From NCBI GenBank assembly GCA_049314435.1, contig JBMOFD010000004.1, positions 1 to 44,485 on the forward strand: a DNA stretch of 44,485 nucleotides, read 5' to 3'. This document shows positions 9,705-18,404 of this stretch, one piece after another. This DNA is from Chlamydiia bacterium (GTDB lineage Bacteria > Chlamydiota > Chlamydiia > Chlamydiales > JBMOFD01). Every line of letters starts with the position of its first letter. Within the stretch, counting starts at the first letter, position 1. Below the pieces are notes generated by a model. The model was not told the DNA's origin and made no database searches. It worked only from the letters and a program-made list of their open reading frames with translations. The translations under genes and the position numbers were made by a program.

Positions 9705-10760
9705 GTGCACGTGATGACAGCCGAGACTCGGAGAGAGTACTATCGCGCTCTGCTGGAAAAGGACGCCGGTTACGAGGGAGTTTTTTATGTAGGAGTGAAG
9801 ACAACAGGTGTCTTTTGTCGACCTACATGCCCAGCAAGAAAGCCTAAATTCGAGAATTGCGAGTTCTTTGAGAATGCCCAGCAGGCGCTGCTAGCCTCAT
9901 TTAGGCCCTGCAAGCGCTGCAGGCCGATGTCCCATCCCAATCATGTCTCTGAACTCGTACAGATTTTGGTGACGGCTGTGGAGGAAAATCCAGAAAAGCG
10001 CTGGAAGAATAGGGACTTTGAGGAGCTCTCTGTGGATGCTGCAACGGCTCGAAGGCAGTTCCAAAAGCGATTTGGGCTCACGTTTGTGGAATATGCGCGT
10101 GCCAGGCGCATGGGACTGGCCATGAAGCAGATTAGAGCCGGCGATCCTGTCATCGAAGCTCAGCTAGACGCTGGATATGAGTCCAGCAGTGGGTTCCGAG
10201 ATGCCTTCTCTCGGATCATGGGATCGCCACCTTCTAAAATTGGTAGTGAGACTCTTCTTCATGCTTCGTGGCTGGACACTCAGCTCGGGCCAGTGCTGGC
10301 CATCGCGGATGACCAGGCACTCTATCTCTTAGAGTTCGTAGATCGTCGTGGGCTGGAGCGGGAGGTGGAACGGCTGCGCCATAGAGCCAAATCGGCCATC
10401 ATTCCAGGTAGAACCAGGATCATTGAGTCGATTGAACGTGAGCTGAAACAGTATTTTGAAGGCGAGCTGGTGGAGTTCAAGACGCCTCTGCGTTTTTTGG
10501 GGACTCCATTTCAGCAGCAGGTTTGGCAGGAGCTACAGAGGATCCCTTCAGGAGAAACACGATCTTACTCCGACCTGGCCCTTGCGGTTGGGAAGTCTTC
10601 AGCCTACAGGGCGGTAGCCCAGGCTAACGGAGCTAACCAGTTGGCTATCGTTGTGCCGTGTCACCGCGTCATCAATGCGAATGGTGAGCTAGGGGGATAT
10701 GGCGGAGGTGTTGCCCGAAAAAAATGGCTTCTGAGCCACGAAGCGACCTGCGAAAATTGA
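9705..10760 (+). CDS. ada: Bifunctional transcriptional activator / O6-methylguanine-DNA methyltransferase Ada
   Basis: Ada Zn-binding CRPTC...FRPCKRC, AraC HTH (GYESSSGFRDAF), active site PCHRV. Confidence 0.93.
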   Translation: MHVMTAETRREYYRALLEKDAGYEGVFYVGVKTTGVFCRPTCPARKPKFENCEFFENAQQALLASFRPCKRCRPMSHPNHVSELVQILVTAVEENPEKRWKNRDFEELSVDAATARRQFQKRFGLTFVEYARARRMGLAMKQIRAGDPVIEAQLDAGYESSSGFRDAFSRIMGSPPSKIGSETLLHASWLDTQLGPVLAIADDQALYLLEFVDRRGLEREVERLRHRAKSAIIPGRTRIIESIERELKQYFEGELVEFKTPLRFLGTPFQQQVWQELQRIPSGETRSYSDLALAVGKSSAYRAVAQANGANQLAIVVPCHRVINANGELGGYGGGVARKKWLLSHEATCEN

Positions 10761-10779
10761 TGGACCTGCGGAGATTCTA

Positions 10780-11373
10780 ATGGCGAACATGCTGAGCGAA
10801 GACGGAAAGCGACGGTGCTTCGGCAATGGTCCCGGCAAGGAGTTCTATGCCGAATACCACGACCAAGAATGGGGAATTCCTGTTCATAACGATCGGCACC
10901 TGTTTGAGATGCTGGTCCTGGAGGGTGCTCAAGCTGGATTGAGCTGGGAGACCATTCTGAAGAGGCGCAGTGGCTATCGGAAGGCCTTCCATGATTTCGA
11001 TCCAGTGGCTGTTGCTACCATGACTGACGAGGAGCTAGAGGCGTTGCTCCAGGACGAGGGCATTGTTCGTCATCGAGGAAAGATCTACTCGGCGCGTCAG
11101 AACGCGCGGGTGTTTCTGAAGATTCGGGAGGAGTTTGGTTCCTTCGATCGCTATGTGTGGCGATTCGTAGATAACAAGCCGATGATTGGTCGATGGAAGC
11201 AGTTTAGGGACGTGCCAGCCTCCACGGTCGAAAGTGAAGCGCTCTCCAAGGATCTAAGGAAACGAGGCATGACGTTTGTTGGGCCCACGATCGTGTACGC
11301 GTATATGCAGGCGGTTGGGCTGGTCAATGATCACGCAGGCGATTGCTGGTGCTGTCTTGGAGGGGATGCTTGA
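10780..11373 (+). CDS. tag: DNA-3-methyladenine glycosylase I
   Basis: YHDQEWG, LEGAQAGLSW, FVGPTIVYAYMQAVGLVNDH. Confidence 0.95.
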   Translation: MANMLSEDGKRRCFGNGPGKEFYAEYHDQEWGIPVHNDRHLFEMLVLEGAQAGLSWETILKRRSGYRKAFHDFDPVAVATMTDEELEALLQDEGIVRHRGKIYSARQNARVFLKIREEFGSFDRYVWRFVDNKPMIGRWKQFRDVPASTVESEALSKDLRKRGMTFVGPTIVYAYMQAVGLVNDHAGDCWCCLGGDA

Positions 11374-11387
11374 GCCTTGGTTATTTT

Positions 11388-11441
11388 GGAATCTGGAAAA
11401 ATCTGGCAAGAGTGCTTTGCCAGATTCTTCCCGATTCTTCC
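11388..11441. repeat. Imperfect inverted repeat (hairpin/terminator or operator) after tag
   Basis: GGAAAAATCTGGCAA / TTGCCAGATTCTTCC with a perfect 10-bp core AATCTGGCAA/TTGCCAGATT. Confidence 0.55.
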
Positions 11442-11651
11442 GAATTCGAAAGATGCGGCATCCAGCGGTTGGAGTGACGGCTGTCGCTGGATCGAACGGA
11501 CCAGGAGAGCTTTAACGGGAAGACTTGGGAAGAAGCAATCGACCAAGATTGGAGAAAGATGGGTGCATGGCAGCCTGGATGGGAATACACGGTTCCTCGT
11601 TGATTGGCATAAAAGCCAGGCAACCCATTCTGGTGGTGGTATATGCGGCTC

Positions 11652-12416
11652 TTATGGCTGCTTGCGGCCATTCCGCAAATAGATGTCCAGACTCCCATCG
11701 ACAGCTTCGATGATGAGTTCCATGAAACGATCGGCATCCTCGAACTGCTGAGCTTGCACTAAGCTATCGATGTAGCGAGCTCGGATATTGGGATAGATCA
11801 TCGCTGGTGGGTATCCAGCTTGTAACAGCAACAGGTTCATCAAGAGACGCGCCGTACGACCGTTACCATCCACAAATGGATGAATGGTCACAAGCCGTAG
11901 GTGAGCCTCCGCAGCAACCACGACAGGGTGCTCCTTCGAACTCTTCAGCCACGACTCAAATTCGTCCATCAGCTCCGCAACCTTCCATGGAGGGGGAAAC
12001 TCATAAACGCTCCCAGACACTTGGACGTGAACTTCTCTCCAGCCGCCCGCATGAGCATCATCAATGCCTTTCAGGACCAGCTGATGAAGAGAACGTATTT
12101 CTCTCAAACTTACGTGTTGGGGATCCTTGGCGGCCATGGTGACAATGTAGTCGAAAGCATGGGCGTGATTGATGGCTTCTAAGTGTTCGCGAACGGTTTT
12201 CCCACCGATGGTAAGTCCCTTCTCTACAACGATGGCCGTCTCGCTGCTGGTGAGAGTGTTCCCTTCCAGCGCATTAGACGTATAGGTCGTTTCAATGCGG
12301 AACCACTCCTGCAAATTGATCAGGACTGCAGGGGGTAGAGGTCTCAGGGCGTCGAGCGCTGCCTTTTTCGCCGACACATCACGCAATTTCTTCTGCCAGT
12401 CCATAAGCCCGCCCAT
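11652..12416 (-). CDS. Fic-domain protein (class II, N-terminal inhibitory helix)
   Basis: Catalytic HPFVDGNGRTAR motif; SNALEGN inhibitory motif. Confidence 0.93.
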   Translation of the reverse strand: MGGLMDWQKKLRDVSAKKAALDALRPLPPAVLINLQEWFRIETTYTSNALEGNTLTSSETAIVVEKGLTIGGKTVREHLEAINHAHAFDYIVTMAAKDPQHVSLREIRSLHQLVLKGIDDAHAGGWREVHVQVSGSVYEFPPPWKVAELMDEFESWLKSSKEHPVVVAAEAHLRLVTIHPFVDGNGRTARLLMNLLLLQAGYPPAMIYPNIRARYIDSLVQAQQFEDADRFMELIIEAVDGSLDIYLRNGRKQP

Positions 12417-12550
12417 CAGATCGACCCAAATATGGCCTAGTTAGCTCATTTTTGTAGCCAGAGAGTCCTCGCCGTCCAGCAGAATCGTAGCCAACCTCCA
12501 CTCCCCAGTGATAGAATACGAGGGTACATGATCACCTTCGGAGTTCCAAT

Positions 12551-13664
12551 ATGTCACAGGAGTTGAAAGAGCGGGCGCAAGAGCTCTCAGTGCGCATCGG
12601 CCACATGTGGAGGTATCTTTGACCTCGCTACCAAGCAAGCCAAGGTAGCCAAAAACGAAGAGCGCATGGCCGAGTCCGACTTCTGGGACGATCAAGAAGC
12701 CGCTCAAAAGCTCATTGCTGAATCGAATGCCCTCAAGGCGTGGACCATCCCCTGTGTCGAGATCAAACAGGAGATCGATGACATCCAGGGCCTTCTGCCT
12801 GATGCCCTCGAGTTAGGCGACGCCGATCTTCTGCAGCAGATCAGCACGCAGGTAGAGCAGGTGGACAAGCGACTGAGCGAGCTCGAACTCCGACGCATGC
12901 TCTCTGGAGAGCTCGATCCACTCAGCTGCTTCATGAGCATCAACTCGGGAGCGGGTGGAACCGAAGCGTGTGACTGGTGCGCCATGCTGGCGCGTATGTA
13001 CCAGCGATGGGCTGCACTCCGTGGATGGAAGGTGGAACTCATCGACACGGTCGATGGTGAGGTGGCCGGTTTCAAGAGCGTCACCATCAAGATCACCGGG
13101 TCATTTGCTTATGGCTACGCCAAGGCTGAGCGTGGCGTCCATCGACTGGTTCGGATCAGTCCGTTCGATAGCAATGCGCGTCGTCACACGAGTTTTGCTT
13201 CTGTCGATGTCTCTCCTGAAATTGCGGATGACGTCGCCATTGAGATCCGTCCAGATGATGTGCGGATCGACACCTACCGAGCATCGGGTGCCGGTGGTCA
13301 GCATGTGAACCGTACCGACTCAGCCGTTCGCATTACCCACATGCCTAGCGGGATCGTCGTGGCTTGTCAGAACGAACGCTCGCAACTGCAAAACAAAGAG
13401 ACCTGCTATCGGATGCTACGATCCAAGCTCTACGAGCAGCAGGTCGAGCAGCGAGAGGCTCATTTAAGGCAGCTGTCAGGGGAGAAGAAGGAGATTGCGT
13501 GGGGGAGTCAGATCCGTTCCTATGTGTTTCAGCCCTACACCCTTGTCAAAGATAATCGTACTAAGGTAGAGATCGGTAATGTTCAAGCTGTCATGGACGG
13601 GGAGATCGATCCCTTCATCACGGCCTATCTGAAAGAATTTGGGGATCGTCAGCAATCGTCATGA
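12551..13664 (+). CDS. prfB: Peptide chain release factor 2 with programmed +1 frameshift
   Basis: ATG 12551 gives MSQELKERAQELSVRIGHMWRYL then TGA; the +1 frame from GAC at 12621 joins the 12666 ORF carrying SPF and GGQ motifs. Confidence 0.97.
12609..12623 (+). promoter_or_regulatory. prfB +1 frameshift cassette
   Basis: Internal SD GGAGGT (12609-12614) followed by CTT-TGA-C (12617-12623). Confidence 0.95.
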
Positions 13665-14227
13665 GCGGTGATCCCTTCCCAGACATCCCAGTAGACCACG
13701 ACGATGGGTTGCAGGTGCGCTGGACCGTGCCTTTGGATGCGCTACGGCTCAGAAAGGCCCTGCTTGAAGAAGATACGTTGCGCTGGTTTCCCTTCTCGCA
13801 GGGGAAAGAGCTCGATGATGCCGTGACCTGCTGGATGAGTTTTGCTCAGTACCACTGCAGTCTGACGGCGATGCTGAATGGCAAGTGGGCAGGCATGGGC
13901 GTTCTCTATCCGTTCCCGTACCAGAAGATGCGTCACCAAGCCCTCTTCTACCTCCTTGTTCCTGAACCAATGCGGGGAAAGAAGGTCGCGACGCATCTCC
14001 TGCGTAACTTGATGTATATGGGGCGTACACGCTTTCATCTTGAATTCATCCACGCGGACGTGTATCAAGGTTGTCCGATTCTCCCTCTGGTGGCGAGGGC
14101 AGGCTTCACCTGCTGTTTCCGTCAGGAAAATTTTATTGAGGATCAAGGAAGGAGACTTGCACGACACCTCATGCAGAAGGATCTGCGCGGGATTCCTGTC
14201 GAACAATTAGCACGGAGAGATGGCTGA
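13661..14227 (+). CDS. GNAT family N-acetyltransferase (copy 1)
   Basis: LLVPEPMRGKKVATHLL acetyl-CoA-binding motif A; ATGA overlap with the prfB stop; last 14 nt overlap the tRNA. Confidence 0.85.
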   Translation: MSGDPFPDIPVDHDDGLQVRWTVPLDALRLRKALLEEDTLRWFPFSQGKELDDAVTCWMSFAQYHCSLTAMLNGKWAGMGVLYPFPYQKMRHQALFYLLVPEPMRGKKVATHLLRNLMYMGRTRFHLEFIHADVYQGCPILPLVARAGFTCCFRQENFIEDQGRRLARHLMQKDLRGIPVEQLARRDG

Positions 14228-14300
14228 GTGGCTGAAGGCAACCGCCTCGAAAGCGGTCGTCCCAGAAATGGGATCGTGGGTTCAAATCCTACTCTCTCCG
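14214..14300 (+). tRNA. tRNA-Ser(CGA), long variable arm, CCA not encoded
   Basis: Acceptor GGAGAGA/TCTCTCC plus G discriminator, D-arm GCTGAGTGGCTGAAGGC, anticodon stem ACCGC/GCGGT with loop CT-CGA-AA, variable stem TCCCA/TGGGA, T-arm GTGGG-TTCAAAT-CCTAC. Confidence 0.96.
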
Positions 14301-14827
14301 AATTTCAATGGGAATCGATCGGTTCCGACTACTCCTTCCGTTTCACAACGGAGGAGGATGGGGTAGCTCTGCGGAGCTGGCTCCTAGAGCCTGGGGTCCT
14401 CGTAGGATTCCCGATGTGCTCCGAAATGGAAGTCGATGATGCTGTGAAGCATTGGCTCCCTGCCGCCTTGCAGGGGCGAGGTATCACTGTCCTGTACCAG
14501 GGGCAAGCAGTCGGCATTGCCAACGTCAATCCCAATCCTTACCAGCGGATGCATTTCTTTCATCTCGTTTCGATCGTCGTGGCAGAGCAGCATCGTGGTC
14601 GAGGCATCGGGACTGTTCTCCTAAGGCAGTTGATCCGATTGGCCAAGGAGAATCTGGGACTCGAATATCTCTTGTTGGAGGTCTATGACGGGAACCCGGC
14701 CATGCGTCTCTACCAAAGGGCAGGCTTCGTGGAAATCGGCGCACAGCCCTATGCTTTGCGGGAGGGTGAGGATGTGTATCGGAGCAAGATCGTCATGAAA
14801 CACACTCTCGGTCGGGATAAGGAGTAG
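14228..14827 (+). CDS. GNAT family N-acetyltransferase (copy 2); start uncertain, in-frame GTGs lie inside the tRNA
   Basis: VAEQHRGRGIGTVLL motif A, LEVYDGNPAMRLYQRAGF; paralogous to copy 1. Confidence 0.85.
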   Translation: MAEGNRLESGRPRNGIVGSNPTLSEFQWESIGSDYSFRFTTEEDGVALRSWLLEPGVLVGFPMCSEMEVDDAVKHWLPAALQGRGITVLYQGQAVGIANVNPNPYQRMHFFHLVSIVVAEQHRGRGIGTVLLRQLIRLAKENLGLEYLLLEVYDGNPAMRLYQRAGFVEIGAQPYALREGEDVYRSKIVMKHTLGRDKE

Positions 14828-14829
14828 AC

Positions 14830-15552
14830 GTGGCTGGCCATAGTAAGTGGGCAAACATGAAGCATCGCAAGGGACGCGCCGATGCTAAGAGGGGCAAAGC
14901 CTTCACGCGCGTTACCCGAGAGATCATCAATGCTGTGAAGCAGGGTGGTCCCGATCCCAAGAACAACCCCAAGCTGCGGTCAGCTATCCTCAAAGCCAAA
15001 GAGGTCAACCTCCCCAACGAGAACATCGAGCGTAACATCAAGAAGGCTAGCCACGCTGACCAAGAGGCGTACACTGACTTCATCTACGAGCTATACGGCT
15101 ATGGCGGTGTGGGACTTCTGGTGATCGGGATGACCGACAACAAGAATAGGCTAGCCTCCGATATCCGCATCGCGACCAACAAGCGTGGCGGCACCGTTGC
15201 GGCGCCGGGTTCCGTTCTCTTCAACTTCGAGCATAAGGGGCTCATCCACATAGAAGGTCCTGGTAGTGACCGGGCTGAAGATCTCTTCATGGTGTCCAGT
15301 GAAGCAGGGGCTGAGGACATCGAGCCAGAGGAGGAGGGTGTGACTCTGGTTGTGACGGCTCCAGAAGAGTTGATCCAGGTCAAAGATGTTCTGACTGAAG
15401 CGGGATTCACGGTGCGGGAAGCTGAGCAGCAGTACCTTCCTAAAGTGCGCATGGCCTGTAGCGAAGAGCAGGCGCAGCTCAATCAAGCTCTCATCGATTG
15501 GCTCGAGGAGCTCGATGATGTCGATGAGGTGATCCACAACCGCGAGGACTAG
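14830..15552 (+). CDS. yebC: YebC/PmpR family protein
   Basis: MAGHSKWANMKHRKG, YELYGYGGV, TDNKNR, LEELDDVDEV. Confidence 0.96.
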   Translation: MAGHSKWANMKHRKGRADAKRGKAFTRVTREIINAVKQGGPDPKNNPKLRSAILKAKEVNLPNENIERNIKKASHADQEAYTDFIYELYGYGGVGLLVIGMTDNKNRLASDIRIATNKRGGTVAAPGSVLFNFEHKGLIHIEGPGSDRAEDLFMVSSEAGAEDIEPEEEGVTLVVTAPEELIQVKDVLTEAGFTVREAEQQYLPKVRMACSEEQAQLNQALIDWLEELDDVDEVIHNRED

Positions 15553-15555
15553 CGG

Positions 15556-16896
15556 ATGCGCAACACGCAGGATTGTGGTCCTTGCTCTTTCGGGAGTTTC
15601 TTGGCGTTTGCCGAGCAGGAGGTGGCGCAGCATCAGGCTAGCCTGCTCTGGACGGGCGTTACTGGGGCCGCCAGTCGCAGCTTCCTCTTCTCTCGCCCCA
15701 ACAGTCGTCTGACCATCTCCGATCGTTCTGCCGACCCTTGGAGTGAGTTGATCGCCTCTTGTAATTCCGACCCGACCGATCCCTTTCCGCGCTGGCTTCT
15801 GGCTTGCACCTACGAGATGGGGGTCTCCGCGCAGAACACAGATCCACTGCCACTACCCTCTACTCTGGCTGTCCTGACCGGATTTGAAGAGGTCTGGATC
15901 TATCATCATGCCACCAAGAGACTTCTGCGCGTGGCTGATGACCCTGTAGAGAGAGTGTGGAGAGCGCCGCCGCCATTAGAATGGGCGCGGATTCAGCCGA
16001 AGGTGACAGAGTCGTTGCAGAGAGAGAGCAGGGCCTATTGGGAGCGGCTGCTTTCCAACGATGATGCAGAGGCCTGCTATCAGGGTAGCGTCCGCCAACT
16101 TCGTGAGGAGATCCTCGATGGACTCTTCTACCAGCTGAACCTAACACATGAAGTACACCTTCCGCCTGTCGAGCACCCATGGGACTGCTTCTTGCAGATG
16201 CAGTCTCAGCAGAAAGGTGCGATGGGAGCCTATGTGCAGATCCCCGAGCACACGCTGATGAGTGTCTCTCCGGAGCGGCTTCTTAGGAGAAGAGGGACTC
16301 AACTCACGACAGCTCCCATCAAAGGGACTCTTCTTCGTCAGAGAGGCTCCTGCATCGACTCCTTTCGTGCCCTGACAAACAATCCTAAGGAGTTGAGTGA
16401 GCTGCGCATGATCATCGATCTCATGCGCAACGATCTGGGTAGAGTAGCGATCCCCGGTACGGTTCGAGTCCCGCGGCTGTTTAGCATCATGGCCTTGCGC
16501 CACCTCCATCACCTCTATGGCATTGTTCAAGCAGAGGTGCACCACGATCTCCACCCCATCGAGGCTCTTAAGGCGGTATTTCCAGGAGGATCGATCTCAG
16601 GGTGTCCCAAAAAGAGCGCTATGGCAGCCATCTCCCGCTATGAGGGTCGTGTACGCGGTTGGTATACTGGAGCTGTGGCCCACGTGGCCCCCAATGGGGA
16701 TATGGACAGCAACCTTCTCATCCGCACGGCGGTGGCTGCCTCCAACTCCACCTCGCTGGCCTTTGGTTCGGGCATCGTGTTGCGTTCGCAGCCTCGAGCG
16801 GAGTGGTCGGAGACCTTAGCTAAGGGGCGACCCATTGGTGAGATCCTCCTCCAAAATATCCTGCGGTCGAAACAGTCTGCCGAATGCCTCGTGTAG
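15556..16896 (+). CDS. pabB: Aminodeoxychorismate/anthranilate synthase component I
   Basis: YQLNLT, SPERLL, PIKGT, MIIDLMRNDLGRV, FPGGSISGCPK, NLLIRT. Confidence 0.8.
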   Translation: MRNTQDCGPCSFGSFLAFAEQEVAQHQASLLWTGVTGAASRSFLFSRPNSRLTISDRSADPWSELIASCNSDPTDPFPRWLLACTYEMGVSAQNTDPLPLPSTLAVLTGFEEVWIYHHATKRLLRVADDPVERVWRAPPPLEWARIQPKVTESLQRESRAYWERLLSNDDAEACYQGSVRQLREEILDGLFYQLNLTHEVHLPPVEHPWDCFLQMQSQQKGAMGAYVQIPEHTLMSVSPERLLRRRGTQLTTAPIKGTLLRQRGSCIDSFRALTNNPKELSELRMIIDLMRNDLGRVAIPGTVRVPRLFSIMALRHLHHLYGIVQAEVHHDLHPIEALKAVFPGGSISGCPKKSAMAAISRYEGRVRGWYTGAVAHVAPNGDMDSNLLIRTAVAASNSTSLAFGSGIVLRSQPRAEWSETLAKGRPIGEILLQNILRSKQSAECLV

Positions 16897-17658
16897 AGGT
16901 GGGAATCGATCGGAGGGTTCCAGCGGTTGACCATCGATCGAGGAGACCAGGAGCAATCCACGCACCGCGTTGCTCAGTAGCAGCGGTACTCCAGGCGGGA
17001 TCGGCCCATGGAACACATCCCAGCCCAATTGCAGGGCCGCTGTCTGGACAGCGGCCGCACTGATCGACCCCTCTGCACTGCGCGGTAGATAGAGACCATG
17101 GGCATCGATCCCCATCACGGCATGACAGGTGGCGCCGCAGCAACGCCCCACCTCATCCACAGCGATCGCCTCATCACATCCACGGCTCCTGGCTTGGGCA
17201 CGAAGAGCCAGACGACGCCCATAGGCGAGCTCCTTGAAAACGGGGCGATCGATCCAGGGCTCCATCGGCATGGTACAGACCGGCACAGAAGTAGGTGTCT
17301 CGGCCATGGGCTGGCACCATGCATAGAGTACGTCTGGCCATACGTGCAGGATCTTCATGCGGTACCGCCCACAGTCTGCTTTGGAGGTGAGCAAGAGCGG
17401 TTCAAAGCTCCTCCATCGCACTGCAGGTGTGGGTAGTCCCATGGCGTGGCTCTGTTGTATGAGGCGCTGACGATGCTCTAACCAGAAAGTCGGTTGTCCA
17501 TCGATTAAGGTAAGCGAGGTAAAGCACCCCCAGCCATGCTGTAGAGCTGGATGTTGAAGAGGTAGTGATGCCTCATCCGCACGGATCAGATTTCCATCTA
17601 TGAAAATCCAATCGGTTGGTCTCGTCAATTCCTCAGGGGGCGCCGTTGTTGTTTGCAT
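16816..17658 (-). CDS. pabC: Aminotransferase class IV / 4-amino-4-deoxychorismate lyase-like
   Basis: IDGNL..LQHPALQHGWGCFTS, HRQRL, FK..Y, ARSRGCDEA, SNAVRG...IDG; convergent with pabB; start taken as MQTT (17658). Confidence 0.7.
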   Translation of the reverse strand: MQTTTAPPEELTRPTDWIFIDGNLIRADEASLPLQHPALQHGWGCFTSLTLIDGQPTFWLEHRQRLIQQSHAMGLPTPAVRWRSFEPLLLTSKADCGRYRMKILHVWPDVLYAWCQPMAETPTSVPVCTMPMEPWIDRPVFKELAYGRRLALRAQARSRGCDEAIAVDEVGRCCGATCHAVMGIDAHGLYLPRSAEGSISAAAVQTAALQLGWDVFHGPIPPGVPLLLSNAVRGLLLVSSIDGQPLEPSDRFPPLHEAFGRLFRPQDILEEDLTNGSPLS

Positions 17659-17740
17659 AAAAGAATCTTTTTGTGGCAAAACTCGCCCAAGCACCTCTAG
17701 AACAGAGAGTCGGCCAATCATTGGCCTTCCAAGGGGAGAG

Positions 17741-18025
17741 ATGGACGAATTTATCGCCTACTTAATAAAAAATCTTGTATCTCATCCCGACCAGGTCGAC
17801 GTACGTAGCCGTGAAGGCGAGCGTGGATTGCTGGTTGAGATTCGTGTGGCTCATCCGGACATCCCAAAGATTGTGGGGAAACAGGGGAACACCATCAAGG
17901 CCATTCGCACAATTGCGATCACGGCAGGGGCCCGGATTGGGCGTCGTGTGCGGCTGGAGCTGGTGGAAGATCGGGCGGCTCCGGCCATTCCTGTTCCTGC
18001 CATGGTCGCTGAGGTCACGTCATGA
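17741..18025 (+). CDS. khpA: KH-domain RNA-binding protein (KhpA)
   Basis: MDEFIAYLIKNLV..P..V, DIPKIVGKQGNTIKAIRT; AAGGGGAG RBS before ATG 17741. Confidence 0.88.
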   Translation: MDEFIAYLIKNLVSHPDQVDVRSREGERGLLVEIRVAHPDIPKIVGKQGNTIKAIRTIAITAGARIGRRVRLELVEDRAAPAIPVPAMVAEVTS

Positions 18026-18372
18026 GTTTGAATCTGCAATGCTCACTGGAAGAGGTGGATGGGGTTCAGGTGCTACGTCTTATTGGACGGCTGGACACCA
18101 TCACGAGTCCTCTCTTAGATCAGCAGATTCAGAAGGTCTGCCAGAAGGCACCCTGCCGTCTGGTCCTGAATTTCGATCAGATCGAGTATCTCTCCTCGGC
18201 CGGCATGCGTGTTGTGTTGAGTGCGGCTAAGAAACTCCAAGCTTCTGGAGGGCGTCTTGCACTGGCTCAGGTGCAGGAACAGGTCATGGACTTGATTCGC
18301 ATGGCCGGATTCGACACAATTCTTACCATTGCGGGTACGGAAGGCGAAGCCATCCAGAAGGTTCAAGGCTAA
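18022..18372 (+). CDS. rsbV: STAS-domain anti-sigma factor antagonist
   Basis: GRLDT, YLSSAGMRV phospho-Ser motif; position upstream of miaA. Confidence 0.9.
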   Translation: MSLNLQCSLEEVDGVQVLRLIGRLDTITSPLLDQQIQKVCQKAPCRLVLNFDQIEYLSSAGMRVVLSAAKKLQASGGRLALAQVQEQVMDLIRMAGFDTILTIAGTEGEAIQKVQG

Positions 18373-18404
18373 GAGCCTGACGAGCAGGAGCCCGAAGGAG
18401 CAGA

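Noticed and set aside
12666..13664. prfB as a truncated gene or pseudogene
   Set aside because: Explained by the canonical programmed +1 frameshift at 12617-12623.
14214..14300. tRNA-Sec or SECIS-type recoding of the in-frame UGA
   Set aside because: The anticodon is CGA (Ser), the acceptor stem is 7 bp, and no sel genes are in the window.
17600..17740. N-terminal extension of the KH protein
   Set aside because: It overlaps the divergent pabC-like start; the strong RBS and family-typical start are at 17741.
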